The notes below the pieces were generated by a model. That model had not been told where the DNA came from. It did not search any database and saw only the letters and a list, made by a program, of their open reading frames with translations. A DNA stretch of 62,139 nt, filler included, from Sphacelaria rigidula (taxonomy: Eukaryota), in the NCBI GenBank assembly GCA_964200075.2. It is 6 parts of 6 records of this genome, joined end to end, with 100 filler letters (N's around TTAATTAATTAA, not from the genome) between each part and the next. Parts side by side here need not be neighbours in the genome. Positions count along the whole stretch, not along the records: positions 41,498 to 51,769 come from CAXNAA020006819.1; positions 51,870 to 62,139 come from CAXNAA020006820.1; 4 more parts are not named here. One strand, 5' to 3'. Position numbers and translations under genes: made by a program. This document shows, one piece after another, positions 50,683 through 62,139 of this stretch. Numbering within the stretch: the stretch's first letter is position 1; every line of letters begins with the position of its first letter.

Positions 50683-51239
50683 TAGCTCACAGACCACCAC
50701 GCCAGATAATACCCGTTCACAGAACCATGCAAACTCCATCCAACTCGTTTTTAGCTACCATCGCAACCCTGAAGCATAGAGCACGAGTTGAGCACAGGGA
50801 TAGATACACTGCAATAGTTGGGTATACTTTTGTTTTTGGCGAAGTGAGCAACCGAGTTGCGTACACGCTCATGGACAGTGTAGGCAGTACAAAGCTGCAC
50901 GTTGTGGAAATCATGTTCACATCGCATTGTAAGCAAAGAGAACTGGTAGTCCCGGGTTGTCTGCACTGCACGATGTCCGTTTCGATCTCTTTGAGATCCT
51001 ACTGTACGAAACTCTCACACACACACTCAAGACACACTTCTTGCAAGCAATGCAGACAGGACAGACTGTCTGTACTGCTGTACACGAATGATCATGCATT
51101 GTTTCGCGAATTTCATTGTCTTTTTCGATCGAAAGCTTGAAAATTCGCTTGGACCCAATTCGAGCAAAATGAGCGATTTTCGCTCAAATCAACTCCATCG
51201 CCCTATTTTTTCGATCGAAAAACAAAGTGCTCCATCGGC

Positions 51240-51577
51240 CCTGTCTCAGCACATGAGCTTTCGATCGAAAAAGTGCGGTGGGAAACAAAAACACTGATCT
51301 GATAGGTCATATGATTCCAACCATCTTCAAAATTAACGACGAGGGTTGAAATTACGACCATTCAGATCGGGATTTTTGCTTTCCACCGCACAATTTCGAT
51401 CGAAAAATGATGTGCTAAGACCAGGCCTTAGAACATAATTTTTCGATACAAAAAATGGGGCGGTGGAAAACGAAAATCCCGATCTGATAGGTCGTGATTT
51501 TCAAACCATCTCTAGAATTAACGGCGATGGTTGAAATTACGACCTATCAGATCGGGATTTTTGTTTTCCATCGCACG
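51240..51577. mobile_element. Two tandem hairpins of family H
   Basis: ccgatctgataggtc...aaccatc and gatggttgaaattacgacctatcagatcggg arms, present twice. Confidence 0.75.
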
Positions 51578-51769
51578 GTGCGCTCACATGTACCGAAACG
51601 TGTAGACCGGCGTCCAGAATAGATGGAACAGTGGATCCTAGAAAATGGGGTTCATACAAAATATGAGGTTGAAGTGGCATTTCTCTTATACAGGGAAGAC
51701 GAAAAACACTTGCGACCGAGCCAAGCCATCTTCCCCCCCAAATAGTCGCAGCAGTTGAGCAGCTGTGGC

Positions 51770-51869
51770 NNNNNNNNNNNNNNNNNNNNNNNNNNNNNNN
51801 NNNNNNNNNNNNNTTAATTAATTAANNNNNNNNNNNNNNNNNNNNNNNNNNNNNNNNNNNNNNNNNNNN
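51770..51869. other. Artificial contig linker
   Basis: Same structure. Confidence 0.98.
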
Positions 51870-51934
51870 GAATTGAACCCACGACCCTACCGTCAGAAGG
51901 TTTCCAGATTACCACCTGAGCCACCGGGGCGACC
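51870..51934 (-). mobile_element. tRNA-like head of SINE family 1 (cut by contig start)
   Basis: Minus strand ggtcgccccggtggctcaggtggtaatc...gtgggttcaattc, with A and B boxes. Confidence 0.8.
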
Positions 51935-52265
51935 ATTCAGTGGCTCACATAATAGCTACGATTTGTTTTGCTGAGGACGGCGAAAGGAGAAGAAGAACTT
52001 ACACATTGCGCAGCAGTGCACGGTGCCTAACTATAAAGTGCGGGGTGCTTCCGGTGGATATTTCTGCACTGTGAGCTACTGGGTTGTTTTAACTCAGAGA
52101 GTGTTTCCTGCAGTGTCTGCTCGCGTAGCAAGGGTCGATGCCTATGGTGCTGAACCGTACCCTCACTGCTACAACGGCCTACAGCCAAAGGCATCTAGAC
52201 ATGGTATACGCATTGATGACCTCATGCTCCGCGAACGAAAAATACAACAAAATGACAATCACTTA

Positions 52266-52745
52266 GGCCGCTCCTTACAACAGACAAAATATAAATCTGG
52301 AAAAGTGCCTCTCTGGAGCTTTTGCGTCGTTTTACGTCCCAAAAGAGAGCTACGCACAGTTTGACATCTTGGAATGACTTGCTCTACTAGTTGAGGCGGT
52401 TCCAGAACATATTTCCGTTTTCCGGTGGCCGCAGTTCTTATTTTGGCCAAACACTAATTATTGTCCGAGAACGGTGAAAAACAGTCAAGTCCAGAGAAAA
52501 GTGGTGATTTTTCTAGATTTGACTGTTTTTTACGGTTCTCGGACAGAAAATCTTGCTTGGTGGCCAAAATAAAAACTGCGGTCACCGGAAAACGGGAAGG
52601 TGTTTTGGAACCGCCTCAACCAGTAGAACAAGCCATTTCAAGATATCAAACTCTGCCTAGCTCTCTTAAAGGGCGTAAAACGATGTAAAAGCTATAAACA
52701 GGCACTTTTCCAGAGTTGTATTTTTGTCCATTTTGAGGAGTGCCC
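52266..52745. mobile_element. PIF/Harbinger (Tourist)-like palindromic MITE, family P
   Basis: TTA on both flanks. TIR GGCCGCTCCT with 2 mismatches. About 230-bp inverted arms. Confidence 0.85.
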
Positions 52746-52791
52746 TTACTAGTAGCCCGTCCCCCTGCTCGAATTTTCAACAATAATGATC

Positions 52792-53208
52792 AGATTACCT
52801 TCGAAAACGAGAATACCGAACATTGAAAGAGCTTATACTCCACAACAGTGCTTCCCCTCATGGAACATGACAAATGACTTTCATATGGACGACCTGATGC
52901 CCCCCAACCTCCCTGAAACTAGTATTGGGGGTTTCCAGCCTGCCGTTCCCCCGAGGGGAATGTACCAAAGCACAATTTTCGGGCAAAAAAGCCGTCCATT
53001 CTTTCACCCCGAAATCGAGGCAAAAAAATGTTTGCCCACAGATCCTTTGGGGGAACGGGCGACGGGACACCCCAAAAACAGTTTCAGGGAGGTCGGCGGG
53101 CATGAGGACGTCCATACGAAAGTCAGTTGTCATGACTTTAGGCAAGGGAAAGCACTGCTGTGGAGTTGAAACTCACTTTAGTATTCACCCTAATTTTCGA
53201 AGATAATC
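52792..53208. mobile_element. Palindromic MITE-like element
   Basis: TIR agattaccttcgaaaa and ttttcgaagataatct. Long inverted arms, e.g. acctccctgaaact and agtttcagggaggt. Confidence 0.8.
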
Positions 53209-53215
53209 TATATAA

Positions 53216-53246
53216 GGTTAGGGTTAGGGGTAGGGTTAGGATTAGG
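53216..53246 (+). repeat. Short interstitial telomere-like (TTAGGG)n tract
   Basis: ggttagggttaggggtagggttaggattagg. Confidence 0.7.
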
Positions 53247-53740
53247 TTTTTCGAACATAATCTATACACTTCGTATATGACATGATCGCACCTGCTGCAC
53301 CTAGGGCACACTAAACCGACGCCTCAGCAGCCACTTTTCACGCACCATGGCGCCCTTCTACAACATGGGGAGCAGCGAAAACACTAAGGGGCACCTTCCT
53401 TGACCGCCTATTGGTCCCAGCTAATGGGTCAGTCACGTTGTCGGCCGTTAGCGCAGGTCTATCAATGTGACTTTCATCAAGTGATACAACAAATTATTTT
53501 GCTCTCCAAAACCCCGGAGGAGGGGCGGGGGGCGCGGGTGGGGTAGGCAAAAGCTTGTGATGGCCTCCGCAGAGTCGAAAATTTGAACGAACCATTCCTC
53601 CCCAGGCGCATCGATATTTATGTACACAGGCGTCAAATGAAGGGAAGGGGTGGTTAATGCATGACATAAACGTCAAGACTTACTGCACTCATGAAACAAA
53701 TACCTTACTAATAATGACCAACGAGAAGGAGCACCAAGCG

Positions 53741-54349
53741 GTACGAACCCCCCCCCCCCCCCCCCGCCCCTCCTTCCTCAGCCTGGTCCGGCGAGAACCC
53801 AGCGTGCTTCGTCCCGGCTTTGTAGGGGCGGACTCCCGATAGGGTTGGCGTCCGTTGGCGATGACGCTATAAGACACGCCACTCACTGCGTAAGCTAGGC
53901 AACCAGGTTACCGGGGTTTTTTCGTGCGTTTACGTTTTTTTGCGGTAACCATGATGGTAGTCGAGCTAGGTCATGCTGTGCGGTGGGGAACCTCAACTTC
54001 GCACAATGGGGATGATCGTACCACGTCGTGTGTAAATGGTAAGACACCCATGAGGCAGTGTGTAAGCCGTGACTGTCTCAGAAAGTGGCGATACCAGACA
54101 ATGAAGCAACTCATTGTAGGCTGTCACCCAAATGCAAGATAATCAGTAGGCTTCGGGCCGAACAATCAATCTTAGCCGCGGATGCAGCTCACCCTTCATG
54201 CGACTCACCGAACACACCACGGCGCTTCGCGCTTGGTGATTGAGTGCGAGCTTGGTCCGACGAAACCCGGCGTGCTCCATCCCGGCTTTGTAGGGATGCG
54301 AGGTCAATGATGACTGTGGCATGCATGATCATGAGTACCCCCCCCCCCG
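53741..54349 (+). repeat. Longest copy of family R, with an internal 46-bp direct repeat and poly-C at both ends
   Basis: ctggtccggcgagaacccagcgtgcttcgtcccggctttgtaggg (53783) versus ttggtccgacgaaacccggcgtgctccatcccggctttgtaggg (54252). Ends gagtac(c)n. Confidence 0.8.
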
Positions 54350-55537
54350 TCCCCCCGTCCCCCCCTCCTTGACCGATTGTTGCGAGCCCCGCTGCACTGA
54401 CCGCAAATAATTGACTCTGGACAGAGCATGCCCCAACCTTGCGTAGAACTTTCGAACGCGACACTGCTGGACCCACCTCGACACCCCCGCCCCAGTGCCC
54501 AGGAGTGCGCGCGCATTTTTTGGAGGCGCGCGCGCATTCTAGGCGGTCAGCACGTGGCCGATTCATGCCTCGACTGGACACCTTTCACGGCGTTCTTGAT
54601 TTCATATTGATATCACCAAAACTGGTTGGTTGGTGCGGTCTGTTGAAGTGCTTACCCCGTCCATCCAACGCACTTCTCATCTCATGCCGCGCGTCGACAA
54701 CGCACTTGAGAATATTTGCCTTTCCCCCTCTCCGATATCCCCCTCCTGTATATCAGATAGATGCTTTTTAGTGATGACGAAAGCTCGAACCCCCATGCAA
54801 GAGACTACAGTACAAGGAGAACATCACTATGGCTGCTGAACTACATCTTGGATGCACAACAGAGAGCTAACTGTCCTGGAGATGACTTCTTTGAACTCGG
54901 GTCACTTTTTATTCTCGAGCAGATCCTGGACGTCAAAAGATCGTCTTACATGTGCCGTCAAATATGTCGAGACAAGATCTTTTCCGACACAGTCAGTTGT
55001 TGTTGGTGTTGTGCAGCAGTTTGTCTTTCAATCAGTTGGGGGGCAAGCGTCTTACTCCTCACCAGGCGTAAATGAAAAACTCGTTATCTGCTTATTGCAG
55101 CTACAACTCTCGGGAAAGTGATAAAGAAGGTGCTCGGTGACGAGACACTGTCTGTGGCAGGGTCAAGACAACGCAACGCCACCACCTAGAAAGCGACAAA
55201 AGGCGTTGCATGAAAAATTGCAAGGGCGTGTACAAAGCAGATCCTCCGCATCATCCGCGGTCGCAGCATCGACGCTGAAGATACTGAAGATACTACCAAA
55301 GGCGGAGGTCGCTACAGTACAACAGCTTCCGCCGCCCCCATTCTCCAATGAATTCGAGAGTAATTCGTTCACAGCAACTCGTGCGTGCCCAAGTACCGGA
55401 GTGAAGTGCTGAAGGATGTGGTAAGCACCACCTTGTCTCACATGCGCAAAACATCCGGTGCCCCTGTATCTGCGGTGGGTGGCATTGCACAGTACTGACT
55501 GTCCATACTGATTACCTTCTGTTTCACTATTTCTATT

Positions 55538-56460
55538 TTATAACCTACAAATGCTGTATGTACAGCATGAAGATGACAACTTTTTACGACCTAAAATTAT
55601 TTGCTCCCGTCTCCCTTGGGGCATCCCTCCCAGAACAGACAGGCACACACCTGTTAGCACATTATCATAATCACCATCATCATCATCGCCACCAACGCTG
55701 TCATCCTCTCTGGACCCGTCGCTCGCAGCTTCAATAACAGCAGCAAGACCATCATTCTCAAACTCCACTTCTCGGTTAGATGTTCCGCCTCCTCTACCAC
55801 GCCCTAACCCGCCCTCACAAATCCCTGAGCCACCTTCCACCTCATCAAACAGAGACCCGAGAAACAAAGCATGTACTTCGTCATCGCTTTCTCCGTCATC
55901 GGGCGCCAGGAGAGTAGACGCTACACCTGAGCAGGCAAGGTCGAGGAATGTCTCTTCTTCGGACGTCAGCGGCAGAGCAGACTCAAAGTCTTTGCCCGGC
56001 TTCTTGCCGCGGTCGACGCGGTGGCGACCGGCCCCCAGTATCTTTTTGGCCGGAGTTTCAGCGGTAGATCGGGGTCCCAGCCCCTTCCCATAGTTTGGGG
56101 TGTGAACGATCTTGATCTTATCTACAGAGCATGCTGGTGCTGCGGTGCTTGCGGCGCTGAAGTCGTGGACTAGATTGATCGCCGCTGCAGCAGCTTTCAT
56201 ATCAACGGGATTATTTGGCCTGCTGTTGACGAGAAGATGCTGTTGGATGTGAGAAGTGATGGCATGACGCTTGGCCACTTTATTACCGTAAACCGTTGCC
56301 ATTTTTTATCTTGTACAAGTTTTATGCATGGCTTGAAAAGGAAAAAGACACCACCAGGTGTGCTCAGGATTCAGGAACAATCTGTAGAACGAGAATGTCC
56401 TCACGTGTACCTTATTTATGATGTGCTGGCCAGTAGAGTTTCCAGAATTTTATACTTGAT
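55538..56460 (-). pseudogene. 254-aa ORF with acidic tail; possibly the 3' part of a decayed hAT-like transposase
   Basis: ORF 55538-56302 has D/E-rich stretches. An upstream broken frame, FWKLYWP...ILVLQ...SFSFS, loosely resembles a hAT dimerization domain. Confidence 0.3.
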
Positions 56461-58160
56461 TTGAGTGTAGACACCCATATTCGGATCTTCAGCGGGGCAG
56501 AAGGTGTTTCGGTCCAGGCCGCGGCGCAGATTTGAGGTCCACCAAGGCCGTACTTTGCCAAGGGAACACTTACTTTCTAACCCTCTAACATGAGGGTTAT
56601 TGGTGTGCCTTGGGTTGTGGTTAGTTCGAGATGACGCATTTTCGGGAAGATTCGATTTCTTTTGTTTGACCAAGTGGTCAACTGACTTCGCTTGGGCATC
56701 ACTACTGATGTTGTTGTTGCTGTAATGTCGAGGGCAGTACGAGCTGGGGGCCAGCAGGAAATCCCATATTTAATTTGCTCTTCACATAACATCTCATCAA
56801 TTTTACCTAAGCAGTCCGACTTGAGCATATCACTGTGAGCTGCAGACCAACCCGGTAACGCACGGCACCGCCGCTGAATGAAAAAAAAAAATCGGCACCG
56901 AGTTCATGGGTACGGGTCGTTATATAATAATTAAACTAAAATCATCGATTTTTTCGTTGTTCTCCATGATTCTCGAACGGATTTAACCCTGGATTTCTGT
57001 GTTGATGGACACACGTGCGCTACTCAAGCCCCATGTGCCGCAGAGAGGTCAAAAAGATTGAATTGTTTGGTTTTTTTTCTTTCCAGGCCCGGTCTGGGCT
57101 TCATTTCCCGCCTCTAGCTGGCTACAGCCCAGAACAGTTCAGTATATCGATGATATTTTCACAGGCACCATGTCATCATGAAACGAGCTTATACGGTATA
57201 CCTTCGAAGGAGGGCGTTGCTCTAGCACACGGGATCGCACACGCAAGAGGAATGCACGTTTGCGTTAGCCGTCTGATGTCCCGTGTGTAGAGTATTTGGT
57301 CGTCTTCGCCATTGCATCCTGAAACAATTTATGTCGCAGTACCAACTGTATCTTTACCGCATAAGATGCGCCAACCCTGGCCAGGCGGTGGGCATCGCGT
57401 GAGTACTGTCCGTATGGCACCGATCAACACGAGCCATCCCGAACAAAAGCACGACGGCCAACAATGGAGAGGAACACTAGCAGTATTAATGCCGATATAG
57501 TCCTATTCTGGGGTTATGCCATGAGGGAGCATGAAACAACGCACAGCGACAGCGATGGCACCGCCTCATCTCATGCCCCGTATCGAAAGCCGTGCGGGAT
57601 ACAGGAGGCAAAAGCTAGCTAAGCGCAAAGATGGAGACTGCAACGCCGACCCCCGCCAGCGCAACGATACCGCAGGCACGACGACGCTCATAGCGAACGT
57701 TGGGTACACCAACCCGTATACAGAAAGACTAAGCACTCCTTGTGGGGCCGTTGGTGTCCTGGATACCATATTTCCGCAGCACAGTACAGCCCTGTACTGT
57801 GGCTGCGGTGGCTGTAGTGGCTGCGGGGATCAGAAGGCCCGGTGAACACAAGTGTGACGGAGTCTATACTAAAATCAAGTTTGCGTTATATAATGCGTTA
57901 AATAATGTAGAGGGACTGGTAATAATTCAAATTAAATTACTTGAAATTAGTGTATGCGTAATATAAGTCGGCCCGTACCCATGGGCCCGCCGCCGAAAAG
58001 GTTTAATTTTTGATTTTTTTTTTCCCCTGTAGTGGGAGATTTCAAAAAGTGGCGTAGGCTCCAGGACCCAGGATTGTAGTTGGGGGAATTCGCCATATCC
58101 CATGTCTTCAACCTAGCGCTAGGCCTTATCACTAGCGCTAGATCTTATCCCTTGCTGTAG

Positions 58161-58220
58161 GTGTCACCACTAGGTTCGTTCCTTCATTCCGAAACTGTTT
58201 ATCGACGCCTGGAGATGGAA
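58161..58220 (+). CDS. Candidate internal exon
   Basis: cttgctgtag acceptor and GAA|gtatgc donor. 60 nt, phase 0/0, VSPLGSFLHSETVYRRLEME. Confidence 0.45.
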
Positions 58221-58353
58221 GTATGCACCATCATATAACACATCCATGCATGTACATACATACATTCATTTCCTTGTACTTCATCCCCCCTCCTCTCCTC
58301 ACTTTTTGCGTGTGTCTTTGTATTGGAACAACAACAACCACCGCAACAAAAAG

Positions 58354-58650
58354 GAACTCGAACTGCTAGACCTCGCAGAGTTGAGTGACCTGGAAAAATG
58401 CTTGCAAGCCGCGCTAAGGCTCGTCTCATCCAGGCGTGAAACGGCTGTCTACCGCCTACTGCAACAAACCAGCGGCAGCGGTGGTGGCAACAGCGGGGGC
58501 GGTGGCGATACCGGTGGCGTCAGCGGTGTCAGCAGCTGCGGGAGCGGAGGCGCTGTCTCTAACAGATCGGGGGGTCGGGGTGGGGGCTGCGCCGTAGTTG
58601 TTGGGGGAAGCGATAGTGCTAGTAGGTCGGCGCCAACTTCCCAGTGCTGA
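58354..58650 (+). CDS. Terminal exon: K-box-like coiled coil plus Gly/Ser-rich tail
   Basis: A-rich acceptor caacaaaaag. ELELLDLAELSDLEKCLQAALRLVSSRRE shows a heptad pattern. Ends in TGA. Confidence 0.6.
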   Translation, partial: ELELLDLAELSDLEKCLQAALRLVSSRRETAVYRLLQQTSGSGGGNSGGGGDTGGVSGVSSCGSGGAVSNRSGGRGGGCAVVVGGSDSASRSAPTSQC

Positions 58651-59391
58651 GGAAGGCGTTGGGCGGGGGCCCCTTGGGGGCTATTGAACTGAGCAGGGTA
58701 TGACTGCGTACAATTCGGCGACCAAGGCCTGCTGTTCTGCAGAGATAGTGGATGATCGGTGAGAGCAGGTGTTACCGCTTTCGAGGGAGATGGAAGAGGA
58801 AATGACGCTGTCCCGATTGTGGTCGGCTTCGAGTACATGTCGGCGATGGGGGCGTGCTGCGATCGGTAGTCGTCGGCGGGGACAGAGACAGTATTCCCGT
58901 CCGGGGATATGCGGCGGTCTGGGGTGTTATATTTCACCTAGATGTCATGCCGGCACGCGGTGCCGTAGGCGTGCAAATTCTGGTGCGCGATTCTTTTGAT
59001 CAAGACGACGAAGAGAGAAGCAGAGAAAGGGAGGAAAGCAGTGAGGTGAAGCAATACACACGACTTGCAGTGTTCTGTTCGGGAGGGCGAGGGTGAAGCG
59101 TTGAGGAAAAGAGCGGATGGATCATCGATGACGCGGGCGTCGCCGGAGGGGCAGTGCCGCCACGACAAGGATGAAGCGTATTTTTGTTTATTGCTGGTCC
59201 GCGTTGTTGCTCTGCTCCGTCGATTGACGGCGGGGGAATGAAAGACGTTTTTTTTTTTTTTTATCATTTTGCTTANNNNNNNNNNTGTCCTTTTCTTTTC
59301 TCTGGCGCTTCACGGTGGGGGAATGATTGTTGTTTTTTTTTTTTTTTCATCATTATGCTAACACCATTTTTGTTGTTATTGCTGGTGAAGA

Positions 59392-59425
<34 letters not shown>

Positions 59426-60373
59426 TTTTTTTCATTCTATTTTATTGTTTCTTCTTTCCTGCTCACTTGGAGAGTTTCAACAGGTGGTTTGTCTAAGTGT
59501 GTGCATTTTGTTTGCATGCCACACGACCACAGTGATGGTTTCACGAATTTGTAGCACACGAAAATCATATCATGTTGCACTTGGTAGCGCCACCCTCTTT
59601 TTTGTACACTTGGGAATGACGGATGCTGTTCCTTTCGTTCCCTTCGTTAAATCAGTTTTTGTCAAATATATTGTCTATTATAACTGTTTTGGTATATACA
59701 TTTTTGCATGTTTTTTTTAATCCTTGTCCTTTTTTCGTAGTCTATTTTTTTACGACTGAAAGCAAGGATGTGGTACACTGTGTGGGCGGCCAGACGTTTG
59801 TCCACGGAAAGTACATACATTCATATATACATACATACAGAGGAAGAGGAAGAGGAATAGGAGAAAAAAATATGAGGGAGAGAAAGAAACAAGAAACAGG
59901 CGCACGAACATTGGTCGGACCACACTCCGCCGTCGTCGTGAAGGAATCTCCCCCCTGCCCCCCTTCTCCTCAGAAAATGAAAAGGGGACAAAAAGGGACT
60001 GGGTGTTGACCGAACGGTTGTGTTGACCCTTGAGCGTGTTTGCGCTCATGTACGAGTCGGGTGACTCCAAAATGTAAAGTGAAAGGTCATGCCAGCACCC
60101 TTTATCATGTGAGTTGGGTTGATTGGGAGACTGTTCAGTGTTGATAGTCAAGACAATCATATTGGCCTAAGAAGGTAACTCGGGAATTCTGATTGCCCGA
60201 TATTTCTTGGTCGATTGTCGTATATATGCTCCCCACTCCCCCCACCCCCGCCCGCCCCCCTGCCCGCCCATATATGCCCTTCATCTACGAGGCTTTATGT
60301 ACTTCTTTGTCTGGGGTATCTATGATATAGTGCAATACAGACATTGATTTTCCTCGGAAGGCTGTCGTTGATC

Positions 60374-60547
60374 ATGCCGGACCCTGCAGGGCGACCAATC
60401 CGCAGGAGCCGGAGGGGGGGGGGAGGGGCAACTATCGCAGATTTTTTAAAAGTGTGTAGTAGTACGGATCTTGGGCGCGCAGAATTGAAACGGGTTGTAG
60501 GTGGAGGAACAAACGATACAGATAGTGTTGCCCGTCTCTGCTACATT
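60374..60547 (+). CDS. Candidate exon of unknown function
   Basis: Open frame ...ATIADFLKVCSSTDLGRAELKRVVGG... ending at a gtaagt donor in phase 0. The 5' boundary is uncertain (ATG 60374 or acceptor at 60389). Confidence 0.35.
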
Positions 60548-61414
60548 GTAAGTACAGTAGGTAGTTTGTGGAGGCGCCCGCGGGGGGGGGGAGGGAGGGG
60601 GAGGGGGGAGAGGGGAGAGGGAGGAGGTTAGTTATTACATATAAATTAAAAGTTGCGCTCGGCAGGAGTAGTGTGAAGTTGAGCAGCGCTGAAACGTTGT
60701 GGTACTGAAGTGATGGTGTCTCGCGCAAAAGTGTACAGGTGGATGCAGGAGACGCAGTGACTGAGTTGTCAGCACGTGTGTGTTTCGTGCGTTTTGCGTT
60801 TGTCTTTGTGCGCTCGCGTGTTCGTGTGTATGTGTGTGTCTTTTGTTCTAGGAATTCATTGCATTAACCCTTTTGGAACCCATCGAAGATTATTGTTATT
60901 GTGAATCGGCATCATTTTCAGTCATTTTCGAGTCAAAATGATGGCGATTCACGAGAACAAAAGCCGTCAATGGGTTCCGAAAGGGTTGGAAAAATAACGG
61001 AAGAGTGCGTCGCTGTTTTGTTTCTTCTCCTGCTTGCTGTAGCTGTTTCTTTTTTTCTTGTTTTTTTTTTTTTGCGGTTTTCGTTGTCTGTTTGGTGCGT
61101 GTGTGTGGCGCGTTTGCGGTATTGAGGGAGGGAGTACGGTCAACGTATGAGTTAGTTTGGTCAGCGTGTCTTACCCAGTATTCCTACACATGGAAAAATA
61201 TGGAGTAGCAGCAGGGGCTACGCGACTGACAGAAAAATACTGGGCTCCAACGTAGAGGCATGAGCGGTGTCCCTCTTATATTTGCCATTATTCATTGATA
61301 GGAATCCAAGTTTCCCGACGTGACGACGGTGGCCCGCTAAAATGTAGAGGCATGAACTACTGTGGTACTCATGATAATGTATGTATGGGATCACCCCTCA
61401 TACATGGGTATCAT

Positions 61415-61498
61415 TCGGAGAATTGAACCTGGTACTCGTTGGTCATTGAAGCTAAAAGCTTGAAACCGCAGAGCACTAACAAGTGCGTCACAGGAGTC
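61415..61498 (-). mobile_element. tRNA-like head of a second SINE family or a tRNA pseudogene
   Basis: Minus strand gactcctgtgacgcacttgttagtgctc...ccaggttcaattctccg has A-box-like and B-box motifs but no acceptor stem. Confidence 0.45.
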
Positions 61499-62139
61499 AG
61501 TGAAACGACGCATCTATGGTGTGCGCGCCTGGGCGTGCTTGATGTGCTCTAACACCGGCGCACGCGTGTGTTCTCGTAATGCGGAAAGCCGCGTGTAGAA
61601 TATGTATCGGGCATACTGTACCACCGTTCTATGTGCAGCACGATGCGCACGTTCTCATGAAACCCCGACATGGGAGTAGTACCGCGCACCGGTGGTCCAA
61701 CTCGCATATTCTCAAAAAGATGTTACTATAGGGGCGGATAGTTGGGGGATCAATTACAAATCGATAGGTGAAGACTTTTTGTTCTTTGTGGGGACTGGCA
61801 GTATAAGTATCTCATTGCCGCCGGTGAAAGCGCGAGGATGCGAGTAGTAGCAAGAACGTTTTTTTTTTTCACAAGAAACGTCGACGAGGTGCGGGAGTAC
61901 AGATGTCATATTCTGCGATATGAAGTACCGAAATACCAGGCACGTGCCGGAGGAGATGCGTATGGGTTAATATCCCTTGAGACTTCATGGACTCGTCCCG
62001 AGGAAGGGGAGGTGTGGAAAGTATCATGTATACTGGCAAAAACAGGAGGGGGGGGGGGGGGGGGGGGGCGGGATAAAGGCTGGTTAAGGTGGGTCGCCAA
62101 TATTTTCTACCCAAAAAATGACGAGCCCAAAAACCCCAA

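Noticed and set aside
40547-58650. Joining contig-4 exons to the 58161/58354 exons as one gene with a TE-filled intron
   Set aside because: Phases fit, but two artificial linkers intervene.
58449-58937. 162-aa Pro-rich minus-strand ORF
   Set aside because: Best explained as the antisense shadow of the Gly-rich plus-strand exon and GC-rich 3' region.
59184-59720. Hydrophobic 178-aa ORF
   Set aside because: Arises from T-rich low-complexity sequence and (GAC)n, and spans an N gap.

Overview
Repeat-rich eukaryotic DNA, most likely a brown alga or other stramenopile. That is an inference from short GC-rich exons in long introns, A-rich acceptors, TTAGGG repeats and the style of the TE families. 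The window is not one locus. It is six contigs of 10275, 10274, 10274, 10274, 10272 and 10270 bp, in non-increasing size order and joined by identical 100-bp N44-TTAATTAATTAA-N44 linkers, so nothing can be linked across a linker. Main content: (1) a near full-length but disabled chromodomain-bearing Ty3/Gypsy element B (44742-50682, minus strand), with a palindrome where the tRNA primer site should be. It abuts the LTR of (2) an internally deleted Gypsy element A whose integrase ends in a chromodomain plus a second PWWP/Tudor-like domain, the most novel-looking feature. (3) A decayed Gypsy element C (4527 to about 9000) whose integrase is split by a clean 680-bp MITE. (4) tRNA-derived SINEs, LINE 3' remnants and several palindromic MITE families. 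(5) Isolated host exons: a single-pass membrane protein, a secreted protein, an EF-hand-like N-terminus, a DEAQ-containing gene and a K-box-like coiled coil. No rRNA, true tRNA or CRISPR array is supported. All domain calls are by eye, without database searches.
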